Shown: piece by piece, positions 33,452 to 41,661 of the stretch
Layout of the letters: each line of letters starts with the position of its first letter
Numbering within the stretch: the stretch's first letter is position 1
NCBI GenBank assembly: GCA_041569895.1
Contig: JBFFXF010000002.1
Span: 1-63,576, forward strand
Length of the DNA: 63,576 nt
Source of the DNA: Planctomycetota bacterium
Lineage (GTDB): Bacteria > Planctomycetota > UBA8108 > JACQVS01
Direction: 5' to 3'
Made by a program: the position numbers and the translations under genes
The notes under the pieces: generated by a model
Told to the model about the DNA's origin: nothing
The model's input: only the letters and a program-made list of their open reading frames with translations
Database searches by the model: none

Positions 33452-34396
33452 TCACCGGTCGTTCGCGATGTCGTCCAGGAACGACTCGACGAGCTGCAGG
33501 AAGCGCGCCGGCGACTCCATGTGGAGCATGTGGCCCGCTCCGGGGACGTTGGCGATTCGCGTGCGCGGCGCGCGGTCCTTGATGGCGCCCGCGACGCGCG
33601 CGATGTCGGCGTGGTCCAGTGTCGGCACGAGCACGAGCACCGGCGGGCGCAGCCGATCGAGGAGCTCGATGGCCGGTCGCGGCACGCGGAAGAGCGTGCG
33701 GTCGAGCGAGAACACGCCGGCGTTGTCGACCACCAGTCGTCGCAGGCGATCCCGGAGCTCCGGTCGCGAGCGCGCCGAGGGCGCGAAGTGCGCGTCGTCG
33801 ATGAGGGCGCGGGCGAGCCCCTCCGCGCCATCGCGCTCGAAGACGCGGCTGAAGCCGGCGGCGCGCTCGAGGAACTCGCGCGACCACTCGAAGCCGCCGA
33901 GCGTCGGCGCCAGGAGCACGAGCGCGTCGACGCGCCCGGGATGCGCCAGCGCGAAGTCGAGCGCGAGCCCGCCGCCCATCGACACGCCGATGATCGTGAC
34001 GCGATCGACCCGCGCGCGATCGATCACGGCGAGCATGTCGTCGATCGGCGAGTGCTCGGCGACCGGCGCGGGCGAGCGGCCCCAGCCGCGGGGATCGTAT
34101 CGGATGACGCGGAAGCGGCGGGCGAGCTCGACGAACGCGTCGTCCCACTGGCGCAGGTCGATGGCGCCGCCGTTGACGAGAAGCAGCGCGCGCCCACGCC
34201 CGGCGGCCTCGATCCAGACACGTCCGTTCTGGACATCGGCCCAGCCCGCGGCGATCTCCGGCGGTGCGACCGCGTCCGCGGAGCGCCGGACGTCCGGCGC
34301 GCCGCACGAGCTGACACCGACGAGCAGCGCCAGCAGCGTCGGGCTCGACACCACCGCGAGCGCCGACCTCGATCGGCGGCGTCCGGTCATGCTCAT
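33452..34396 (-). CDS. Alpha/beta hydrolase
   Basis: ORF track, 314 aa. N-terminal signal-like segment. LLLVNGGAIDLRQWD. Nucleophile elbow GVSMGG. ...PGAGHMLHME. The ATG overlaps the stop of the upstream UDG gene (ATGA). Confidence 0.85.
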   Translation of the reverse strand: MSMTGRRRSRSALAVVSSPTLLALLVGVSSCGAPDVRRSADAVAPPEIAAGWADVQNGRVWIEAAGRGRALLLVNGGAIDLRQWDDAFVELARRFRVIRYDPRGWGRSPAPVAEHSPIDDMLAVIDRARVDRVTIIGVSMGGGLALDFALAHPGRVDALVLLAPTLGGFEWSREFLERAAGFSRVFERDGAEGLARALIDDAHFAPSARSRPELRDRLRRLVVDNAGVFSLDRTLFRVPRPAIELLDRLRPPVLVLVPTLDHADIARVAGAIKDRAPRTRIANVPGAGHMLHMESPARFLQLVESFLDDIANDR

Positions 34397-35139
34397 GACG
34401 GCACCTCGATGCCGAGCGCCGCGAGCTCGCGCGTCGCCGCCTCCGCCCAGCCGCGGTTGGCGGCGGGGCTCTGCGGGCTCGGGTGGAGGACGCGCCCGAT
34501 GGAGAACGGCAGCCCGTCGAGCGCGGCGCGAGCCCTCGACTCGGCGAAGTTGCCCACCCCGACGACGAACCGCGGCGCGGTCGCCTCGATGCTCTCGCGC
34601 AGAGCGGCGTCGCAGATCTCGAAGAGCCGATCGCGCGTCGTCCGCGGCAGCTTGTCGGGCGTCCGGTTGCGGCCCGATGCCTCCATGAAGACGAGCGGGC
34701 AGTAGTTCAGGATGAAGAAACGGCTGAAGAAGCGCCGCGGCGTCTTGAAGCGCTCGCGCGCCCAGCCCCAGAGCCGCGCGCCGCTGACCTCGCTGCGCGG
34801 ACAGTCGAACCCGAGCACCGGCCGCTTCGGGTGCTCGCGGGGCGGCTTCCCGACCCGCCCGCGAACTCCGAGCCAGTCACGCACCAGCGCCACCTCGCCG
34901 AACGGCACCCCGGTCTGCGCCATGCCGAACGGCCCGGGGTTCATCCCCACGAGCACCGCCTCGCACCCGCGGCGCGCGTGACGGCGGATGTAATCCTCGT
35001 GCGCCTCGCGTGCGTAGACGAGCGGGTTGTAGACGTAGGCCACGGGCGCGGAAAAGCGAAGCGATGCGAGCTGGCGGGTGAGCTTGCGGGAGATGGCGAT
35101 GAGCTGCTCGTTCACGTCAGGCACCGTTCGTCTGTCCAC
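34393..35139 (-). CDS. SMUG1-type (family 3) uracil-DNA glycosylase
   Basis: ORF track, 248 aa (GTG 35139; the exact start is uncertain). VLVGMNPGPFGMAQTGVPFGEVALVRDWLGV, HPKRPVLGFDCPRSEVSGARLWG and LHPSPQSPAANRGW closely match the conserved SMUG1 motifs I remember from animal SMUG1. Confidence 0.88.
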   Translation of the reverse strand: MDRRTVPDVNEQLIAISRKLTRQLASLRFSAPVAYVYNPLVYAREAHEDYIRRHARRGCEAVLVGMNPGPFGMAQTGVPFGEVALVRDWLGVRGRVGKPPREHPKRPVLGFDCPRSEVSGARLWGWARERFKTPRRFFSRFFILNYCPLVFMEASGRNRTPDKLPRTTRDRLFEICDAALRESIEATAPRFVVGVGNFAESRARAALDGLPFSIGRVLHPSPQSPAANRGWAEAATRELAALGIEVPS

Positions 35140-35338
35140 GTTCCCGTTCCCGGAATACCGAAGAGAAGACTCATGAGGAAGGCAAGAAACGCCAGGAAAG
35201 CAGGAAACGGATGGACTGATGGGGTTGCTCTTCGTGAGCGCCTCGCCTCTCGGGGAGTCCTCGAACCGACGTGGGACATCCGAAGCAGAACACCCAAACC
35301 CGCTTCCTGCCCTCCTCTTCCTCCTGATTTCCTCATGA
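35139..35338. repeat. Mosaic repeat, copy G (short P, K-like block and inverted K-like block)
   Basis: CGTTCCCGTTCCCGG 35139-35152. Purine-rich K-like block 35176-35210. Pyrimidine-rich inverted block 35300-35334. A perfect 10-bp inverted repeat, TCATGAGGAA (35171-35180) / TTCCTCATGA (35329-35338), overlaps the stop codon at 35333-35335. Confidence 0.7.
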
Positions 35339-38300
35339 ATCGTCGGCAGAAAGCGCTCCCGCCGCCAGGAAAGCCAGCAGGTCCGCCATCCCCCGCACGT
35401 CGATCTCCTTCTCCAGGCCCTCCGGCATGAACGACACGCCGCTGCTTCTCAGCGCGCGGATCTCCGATCGCAGGATGGTCTCGCTGCGCCCGTCCGCCAG
35501 ACGGAGGGTCAGCGCCGTGGCGGTCTCCGACGTGATCGCACCCGCCAGGGAGCGGCCGTCTCGGGTGACGACGAGGTAGCCGATGAACTCCGGGGCCACC
35601 TCGCGGTTCGGGTCGAGGACGTTCAGCACCACGCTCTCCGCGCCGCGTGCGAGCATCGCGACGAGGTTGGGGCCGATCTCGTTGCCGACGCCGCCGACGC
35701 GGTGACACGTCGCGCAGCTCTTCTCGAAGAGCTTCCGGCCACGGTCGGGATCGCCCTCGATGTCGAGCGCGTCACGGTACTGCGCGACCACCGCGCTCCG
35801 GTCCGTGGTCGAGGCCTCGCCGAGCAGCTCGCGGGCGCGCTCGCGGATCGTCGGATCCGGATCGTCGCGCAGGAGGCGCACGCGCACCGGGTCGAGGTCC
35901 GTCGCGAGCAGGGCGCCGCCCTCGATGGCGTCGAGCACGGCGCGGACTCGCGCCGCGCTCCCGAAGAGGAGCTCTGCCGCGCTGCGGCGGGCCTCGGGCC
36001 CGAGCTCCGGCCACGCCGCGATCACCGCCCGGGGCACCGCGGCGTCGTCGAAGCGCGACAGCGCCGAGAGCGCCGCGCGCTGGACCTCGACCGGTTCGCG
36101 ACTCGAGACGAGCTCGACGAGGAGCTCGCCGTCGGGGGAGAACGAGCCGAGCGCCAGCGTGCGCGCCGCCTCGGCGCGTCGTGCCGCATCGGCCTCGCGA
36201 TCGCGGGCGATCGAGCGCGCATTCGCCAGGAGCTCGTCGAAGAGCTCGCTGGCCTCGGTGTCGCCGAGCGTCGCCTCGAGCGGGCTTCCGGAACGCCCCA
36301 GTCCGTCGCCGAGGCTCGCCAGCAGGGCGTTGCCCGTCTCGCGGTCCCCGGAGGGAAGCGATCGGACCGCAGCGAGGACCTCGGCGATGGCGTCGCGCTC
36401 GCCCCTCGCGCCGACCTGCGCCGCCAGCCGGCGAAGCAGCTCGCCGCCGTGGCCGGTTTGCCGAAAACGCTCGTCGTCCAGCAGCAGCGCCAGCACGCGC
36501 CCCGCGCCTCGCGCCAGCGAGCTCTGGATGGCGATGCGCATCCACGTGTCGGCGCCGTCTCGCCTCGCCAGCTCGGCCAGCGCGTCGAGACGCCGTGACT
36601 CCTCGAGCTCGCCGAGAACGAACGCCAGCTGGTACCTGACGCGCATGTCGTCGTCCGCCGTCATCGCATGGAGTCGTCGCCGCACTTCGGCGGATCGACC
36701 GGCGACGCGCTCCGCGAGCAGCACGGCGCGCTCGCGGACGCGCGGGTGCGGGTCGGCGAGCGCGCCGACGACGACGTCCGCGGCGAGAGCTCCGAGCCCG
36801 TCGAGCGTGGCGAGCGCGTGCAGTCGGCCCACGGGGCTTTTCGAGCGGCGCGCGAGCCGCTCGAGCGGCTGCACCGCCGCGTGGTCCTGCTTCTCGAAGA
36901 GCAGTCGCTGGGCCGTCTCGCGATGCCACGCGTTCGGGTGCTCGAGGAGTCGGACGAGCGTCGCGGTGTCGGAGCGATCGACGACGCACTCGCTGCCGCG
37001 GCGCAGCGGACCACTTTCCGGCTGCCCATCCCACACGACGCGCCAGATGCGTCCGCGGTCGCGTCCGCTCGTCAGGTCCAGGTGGCGCTTGATGACCGGC
37101 GGCAGGCTCGCCGGGTGCTCGATCACCTCGCGGTACATGTCGATCACGTGCAGCGTGCCGTCCGGCGCGTTGGCGAGCTGCACCGGCCGGAACCAGATCT
37201 CGCGCGAGGCGAGGAACTCCCGATCGCGATCGGCGCGCATCGCTCGCAGGCCGACGCCGTCGGGCTCGAGCCGCTTGCGGTGGACCAGATTGCTGCCGAC
37301 GTCGCCGACGAAGAGCTGGCCGCGGAACTCGTCGGGCCACGCGTCCCCTCGATAGACCGTGATGCCGGTCGATCCGGTGAAGTACCCGGCGGGGCGACCA
37401 CCGCCCTCGACCGGGCCGGGCACGGCGCCCGCCACGCGCAGTCGCGTGCGCACGATGCGCCACGGCTCGACCGGACTCAGCCGGAACACCTCCGCCTGCC
37501 CGCCGTCGGTCGCGATCAGCACCCTCGGCCCGGGCGCGGCGAGGTGCGGGTTGCGCGCGAGGTGGCGCTCGTCGTACATGACGAGCTCGGCGTGGCTGCT
37601 GTTCGAGCACACGAACTTCCGTCCCCAGTCATCGAACGACAGCCCGTGCTGCGCGCCGCCGCTCGTCGCCGCGATGTCGAGGGTGCGAGGATCGAACGAG
37701 AAGTCGCGCCGGCCGAGGACGAGGGGCGGCCCGTCGCGACCCGGCACGCGCACCGTGCCGCCGGAGCTGCTCGTCGCGCCGTGGATGCGGTTGTCGAGCC
37801 CCCAGCGGAACGAGTTGAGCAGCCCCTGGACGTTGCCGCGGCCGAAGCCGGTGAACGCGACGCGGCGGACGTCGGCGCGCCGGTCTCCATCGGTGTCCTC
37901 GAGGTAGAGGATATCGGGAGCCACGGCGACGAAGACGCCATCGCCGGAGCGGATCACCGCGGTCGGCCACGAGAGGCCGTCCGCGAAGATGGCGCTCGCC
38001 TCGAAGCGACCGTCACCGTCGGTGTCCTCGAGCAACCGCACCTCGCCGAGGTTCTCGTCGGCCTGCTCGCTGTAGCCGCGCATGCACACGACCCAGAGGC
38101 GGTTCGACTCGTCGAACGAGATCGACACCGGGTCGGCCACCTGCGGCTCGGCGGCGACGAGCTCGACGCGGAACCCCTCGAGGACGACGAGCGCCTCGAG
38201 CGAGTCGGACGGCGACCTCGGTTCGATGCGGGGGAGCTCGTCGCGATAATCCTCCTCGGCGCCCAGGAAGTCGGCGCGAAAGCCCGCGGGCGCACTGGCG

Positions 38301-38359
38301 ATAACACTGGCGAGGACGACGGCGAGGAGCCGTCGTCGCGGCACTCGTCGCGAATTCAC
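35333..38359 (-). CDS. PVC-type heme-binding CxxCH protein (membrane-bound-dehydrogenase-like propeller + HEAT repeats + cytochrome c domain)
   Basis: ORF track, 1008 aa, GTG 38359. Signal LLAVVLASVIASAPA. FRVELVAAEPQVADPVSISFDESNRLWVV and EDTDGDGRFE. HEAT-like repeats. C-terminal CATCHRVGGVGNEIGPNL. Confidence 0.85.
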   Translation of the reverse strand: MNSRRVPRRRLLAVVLASVIASAPAGFRADFLGAEEDYRDELPRIEPRSPSDSLEALVVLEGFRVELVAAEPQVADPVSISFDESNRLWVVCMRGYSEQADENLGEVRLLEDTDGDGRFEASAIFADGLSWPTAVIRSGDGVFVAVAPDILYLEDTDGDRRADVRRVAFTGFGRGNVQGLLNSFRWGLDNRIHGATSSSGGTVRVPGRDGPPLVLGRRDFSFDPRTLDIAATSGGAQHGLSFDDWGRKFVCSNSSHAELVMYDERHLARNPHLAAPGPRVLIATDGGQAEVFRLSPVEPWRIVRTRLRVAGAVPGPVEGGGRPAGYFTGSTGITVYRGDAWPDEFRGQLFVGDVGSNLVHRKRLEPDGVGLRAMRADRDREFLASREIWFRPVQLANAPDGTLHVIDMYREVIEHPASLPPVIKRHLDLTSGRDRGRIWRVVWDGQPESGPLRRGSECVVDRSDTATLVRLLEHPNAWHRETAQRLLFEKQDHAAVQPLERLARRSKSPVGRLHALATLDGLGALAADVVVGALADPHPRVRERAVLLAERVAGRSAEVRRRLHAMTADDDMRVRYQLAFVLGELEESRRLDALAELARRDGADTWMRIAIQSSLARGAGRVLALLLDDERFRQTGHGGELLRRLAAQVGARGERDAIAEVLAAVRSLPSGDRETGNALLASLGDGLGRSGSPLEATLGDTEASELFDELLANARSIARDREADAARRAEAARTLALGSFSPDGELLVELVSSREPVEVQRAALSALSRFDDAAVPRAVIAAWPELGPEARRSAAELLFGSAARVRAVLDAIEGGALLATDLDPVRVRLLRDDPDPTIRERARELLGEASTTDRSAVVAQYRDALDIEGDPDRGRKLFEKSCATCHRVGGVGNEIGPNLVAMLARGAESVVLNVLDPNREVAPEFIGYLVVTRDGRSLAGAITSETATALTLRLADGRSETILRSEIRALRSSGVSFMPEGLEKEIDVRGMADLLAFLAAGALSADDS

Positions 38360-38399
38360 CCGGACATTATAGCGGAAACGACAGGCCCGGGCGCCCGCT

Positions 38400-38427
38400 T
38401 TGCACCCCCGTTGCGTTCAAGTACAAT
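38400..38427 (+). promoter_or_regulatory. Sigma70-like promoter candidate for the 38508 gene
   Basis: TTGCAC (38400-38405), a 16-nt spacer, then TACAAT (38422-38427). The inverted repeat GTACAA-N9-TTGTAC begins at the -10 element. Confidence 0.4.
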
Positions 38428-38507
38428 ACGACGGCTGTTGTACCGAGTACCACCAGCTCACCCGGGCTGTCCGGGCTCAACTGCCTGCCGGAGCACGAAC
38501 CCGACGA

Positions 38508-41500
38508 ATGAATCGCCTATACCCCGTCACCACGTCCTTCGTCGTCCTGGTCCTCACCGGTCATCTGCTCGCGGGAGGACCGCCTCCGGAGTTCTCGTCG
38601 GCGCACTGGATCTGGCGTCAGGCGGAGAGCCCGGACGGCGAGGTGGCGCATTTCCGCAAGGTCTTCGAGTTGCCGGGCGCGGTCGCCGGCGCGCGTCTGT
38701 CGGCGACGTGCGACAACCAGATGGACGTGTACATAAACTCGAAGCGCGTGCTCAGGAGCGGCACGTGGGAGCGCCCGGTCGCCGCCGACGTCAAGGGTGC
38801 GCTGCGCGCCGGATCGAATGTCATCGCCGTGCGCGCGAGGAACCAGGGCAGCATCGCGGGCCTGCTCCTCGAGCTGCGCGTCAAGGTCGGCGATGACGAG
38901 CGCGTCATCGTGACCGACGACTCGTGGCTGGTCGCGGGTCGGCCGTCACGCGGCTGGCGCGGGCTCGACCACGACACGAGCGACTGGGCACGCGCCCACG
39001 TCCACGGCAAGTACGGCGTCGGGCCGTGGGGCACGCTGCCGAAGGGCGGGCCGGCGGTCCAGCTTTCGACGCCGGCCGATGCCGTCGAGTCGCTTCCCGG
39101 TTTCCGCGTGGAGCTGCTCTACTCGGTACCGAAGCCCGAGCAGGGCTCGTGGGTGAGCCTGACGACGGATCCGAGGGGGCGGCTGATCGCGTCCGACCAG
39201 AACGGCGCGCTCTATCGCATCACGCCGCCGGCCATCGGCGGCGCGGCGGGAGACACGCGCGTCGAGCGGCTCGAGGTCGAGATCGGCTCGGCGCAGGGTC
39301 TGCTCTGCGCATTCGACAGCCTCTACGTCGTCATCAACGGCAACTCGCACGGACGCGGCAGCGGGCTCTATCGAGTTCGCGACACCGACGGTGACGACCA
39401 GTACGACGAGATCACCCAGCTGAAGCCGCTGCGCGGCGGCGGCGAGCACGGGCCGCACGCCGTCGTCCTCGCGCCGGACGGCGAGTCGCTTCTCGTCCTC
39501 GGCGGTAATCATACCGATGTGCCGGACGGGCTGGCCTCGAGCGCGGTGCCGACCAACTGGGGCGAGGACCTGCTGCTGCCGCGGCAGTGGGACGCCCGCG
39601 GGCACGCCCGCGGACGGCTCGCTCCCGGTGGCTGGGTCTGTCGCGTCGATCCGGAGGGCAAGGAGTGGGAGCTGATCAGCGTCGGCTACCGCAACCAGTA
39701 CGACGTCGCCGTCACTCCCGAGGGCGATGTCTTCACGTACGACGCCGACATGGAGTGGGACATGGGCGCGCCGTGGTACCGGCCGACGCGCGTCTGTCAC
39801 GTCACCAGCGGAAGCGAGTTCGGCTGGCGCTCCGGCACGGGCAAGTGGCCGACGTACTACCCCGACTCGCTGCCGGCGTTGATCGACATCGGCCCGGGCA
39901 GTCCGACCGGCGTCGGCGTCGGCACCGGCGCGAAGTTCCCCGCGAAGTACCAGCGTGCGGTCTACGCGCTGGACTGGACCTTCGGGACGATGTACGCCAT
40001 CCATCTCGAGCCCGCCGGCGCGAGCTACACCGCCACCAAGGAAGAGTTCGTCAGCGGTCGTCCGCTGCCGCTCACCGACGTCGTCATCGGACGCGACGGC
40101 GCGATGTACTTCACGGTCGGCGGTCGCGGGACGCAGTCCGGCCTCTATCGCGTCACGTACGTCGGTTCGGAGTCCACCGAGCCGGCCTCGCCGCTTGCCG
40201 ATCGAGCGGCTGCGCGGGCGCGCGAGACTCGCCGGTCGCTCGAGGCGTTCCACGGCCGCCGGGACCCGGCCGCGATCGACGCCGCGTGGCCGCACCTCGG
40301 GAGCGCGGACCGCTTCATCCGATACGCCGCCCGGATCGCCATCGAGCATCAGGACGTCGCTCTCTGGAAGGAGCGGGCGCTGTCGGAGCGTGATCCGAGG
40401 ACCGCGATCACGGCGCTCATCGCTCTGGCGCGACAGGGAGACGAGGAGCTGGCGGAGCGGGTCGTCGGGGCGCTCGAGCGCATCGACTTCGGCGCGCTCG
40501 ATCGGACGCGCAAGCTGGAGATCCTGCGCGCGTACGCCCTGGCCTTCATCCGTCTCGGCAAGCCCGACCGAGAGGACGCCGCGCGCATCGCCAGGCAGCT
40601 CGACGCGCACTATCCGGCGGGCGACGACATGCTCAACCGCGAGCTCAGCCGCGTGCTGGTGTATCTCGACTCGCCGACGGTGGTCGCCAAGACGCTGGAG
40701 CTGATGGCGCGGGCCGAGCCCGAGGGCGTGCCGGACATCCAGGCGCTCCTCGAGCGCAACAGGGGCTACGGCAACACCGTCATGGCGATGTTCCAGAACC
40801 GACCGGTGCGGCAGCAGATCCACTACGCGCTGGTGCTCCGGAACGTGCGCTTCGGCTGGACGCTCGAGCAGCGGAAGCAGTACTTCTCGTGGTTCCACGA
40901 GGCGGCGAAGGCGAAGGGCGGCGCGAGCTACCACGGCTTCCTGAACAACATCCGCAAGGAGGCGCTGGCGAACTGCTCGGACGCGGAGCGCCGGGAGCTG
41001 GCGTCGATCACCGGCGAGCAGATCAAGGTGGCGGACCAGCCGAAGGAGCTCCCGAAGCCGAAGGGACCGGGACGGCAGTGGACGGTCGACGACCTGCTGC
41101 CGCTCGTCGAGGGCGGGCTGCGACGCCGCAACTTCGAGAATGGCGAGCGCAGCTACCTCGCGGCCCGGTGCGGCACGTGCCACCGGTTCGACGGCGCCGG
41201 CGGCTCGGTCGGGCCCGATCTGACGGGCGTCGTCAGTCGGTTCTCCTGGCCGGACCTGCTCGAGGCGACGATCGAGCCGAGCAAGGTCATCTCGGACCAG
41301 TACGGCTCGACGATCGTCACGCGACGCGACGGATCGATCACCATCGGTCGCATCGTCGAGGAGAACGACGACGAGATCGCGCTTGTCGTCGATCCGATGG
41401 ACCTCGACAACCTGACGGTGGTGCCGAAGAAGGAGATCCTCCGAACGGCCCCGGCGCCGATCTCCCTGATGCCAGAGGGGCTGCTCGATCCGCTCAATCG

Positions 41501-41570
41501 CGACGAGGTGCTCGATCTGCTCGCGTATATGATGTCACGCGGCGATCCGAAGGACCGCGTGTTTCGTTGA
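38508..41570 (+). CDS. Heme-binding CxxCH protein with beta-propeller and HEAT-like repeats (paralogous type to 35333..38359)
   Basis: ATG 38508 inside track ORF 38400..41570 gives MNRLYPVTTSFVVLVLTGHLLAG. N-terminal jelly-roll (AHWIWRQAE...IAVRARNQG), propeller, HEAT-like part, then CGTCHRFDGAGGSVGPDL. Confidence 0.85.
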   Translation: MNRLYPVTTSFVVLVLTGHLLAGGPPPEFSSAHWIWRQAESPDGEVAHFRKVFELPGAVAGARLSATCDNQMDVYINSKRVLRSGTWERPVAADVKGALRAGSNVIAVRARNQGSIAGLLLELRVKVGDDERVIVTDDSWLVAGRPSRGWRGLDHDTSDWARAHVHGKYGVGPWGTLPKGGPAVQLSTPADAVESLPGFRVELLYSVPKPEQGSWVSLTTDPRGRLIASDQNGALYRITPPAIGGAAGDTRVERLEVEIGSAQGLLCAFDSLYVVINGNSHGRGSGLYRVRDTDGDDQYDEITQLKPLRGGGEHGPHAVVLAPDGESLLVLGGNHTDVPDGLASSAVPTNWGEDLLLPRQWDARGHARGRLAPGGWVCRVDPEGKEWELISVGYRNQYDVAVTPEGDVFTYDADMEWDMGAPWYRPTRVCHVTSGSEFGWRSGTGKWPTYYPDSLPALIDIGPGSPTGVGVGTGAKFPAKYQRAVYALDWTFGTMYAIHLEPAGASYTATKEEFVSGRPLPLTDVVIGRDGAMYFTVGGRGTQSGLYRVTYVGSESTEPASPLADRAAARARETRRSLEAFHGRRDPAAIDAAWPHLGSADRFIRYAARIAIEHQDVALWKERALSERDPRTAITALIALARQGDEELAERVVGALERIDFGALDRTRKLEILRAYALAFIRLGKPDREDAARIARQLDAHYPAGDDMLNRELSRVLVYLDSPTVVAKTLELMARAEPEGVPDIQALLERNRGYGNTVMAMFQNRPVRQQIHYALVLRNVRFGWTLEQRKQYFSWFHEAAKAKGGASYHGFLNNIRKEALANCSDAERRELASITGEQIKVADQPKELPKPKGPGRQWTVDDLLPLVEGGLRRRNFENGERSYLAARCGTCHRFDGAGGSVGPDLTGVVSRFSWPDLLEATIEPSKVISDQYGSTIVTRRDGSITIGRIVEENDDEIALVVDPMDLDNLTVVPKKEILRTAPAPISLMPEGLLDPLNRDEVLDLLAYMMSRGDPKDRVFR

Positions 41571-41606
41571 GCGTCGTGACGTGACCTGAGCGGGGCGCCG
41601 CGGAGG

Positions 41607-41658
41607 CCCGTGCCCGAGGATTCGGGAACGGGAACGGGAACGGCAACGGGTACGGGGT
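41607..41658. repeat. Mosaic repeat, copy H (short P facing P')
   Basis: CCCGTGCCCG (41607-41616), AGGATTC, then GGGAACGGGAACGGGAACGGCAACGGGTACGGGG (41624-41657). The two arms are complementary with one mismatch (potential hairpin). The G-rich array ends 4 nt before ATG 41662. Confidence 0.85.
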
Positions 41659-41661
41659 GCC

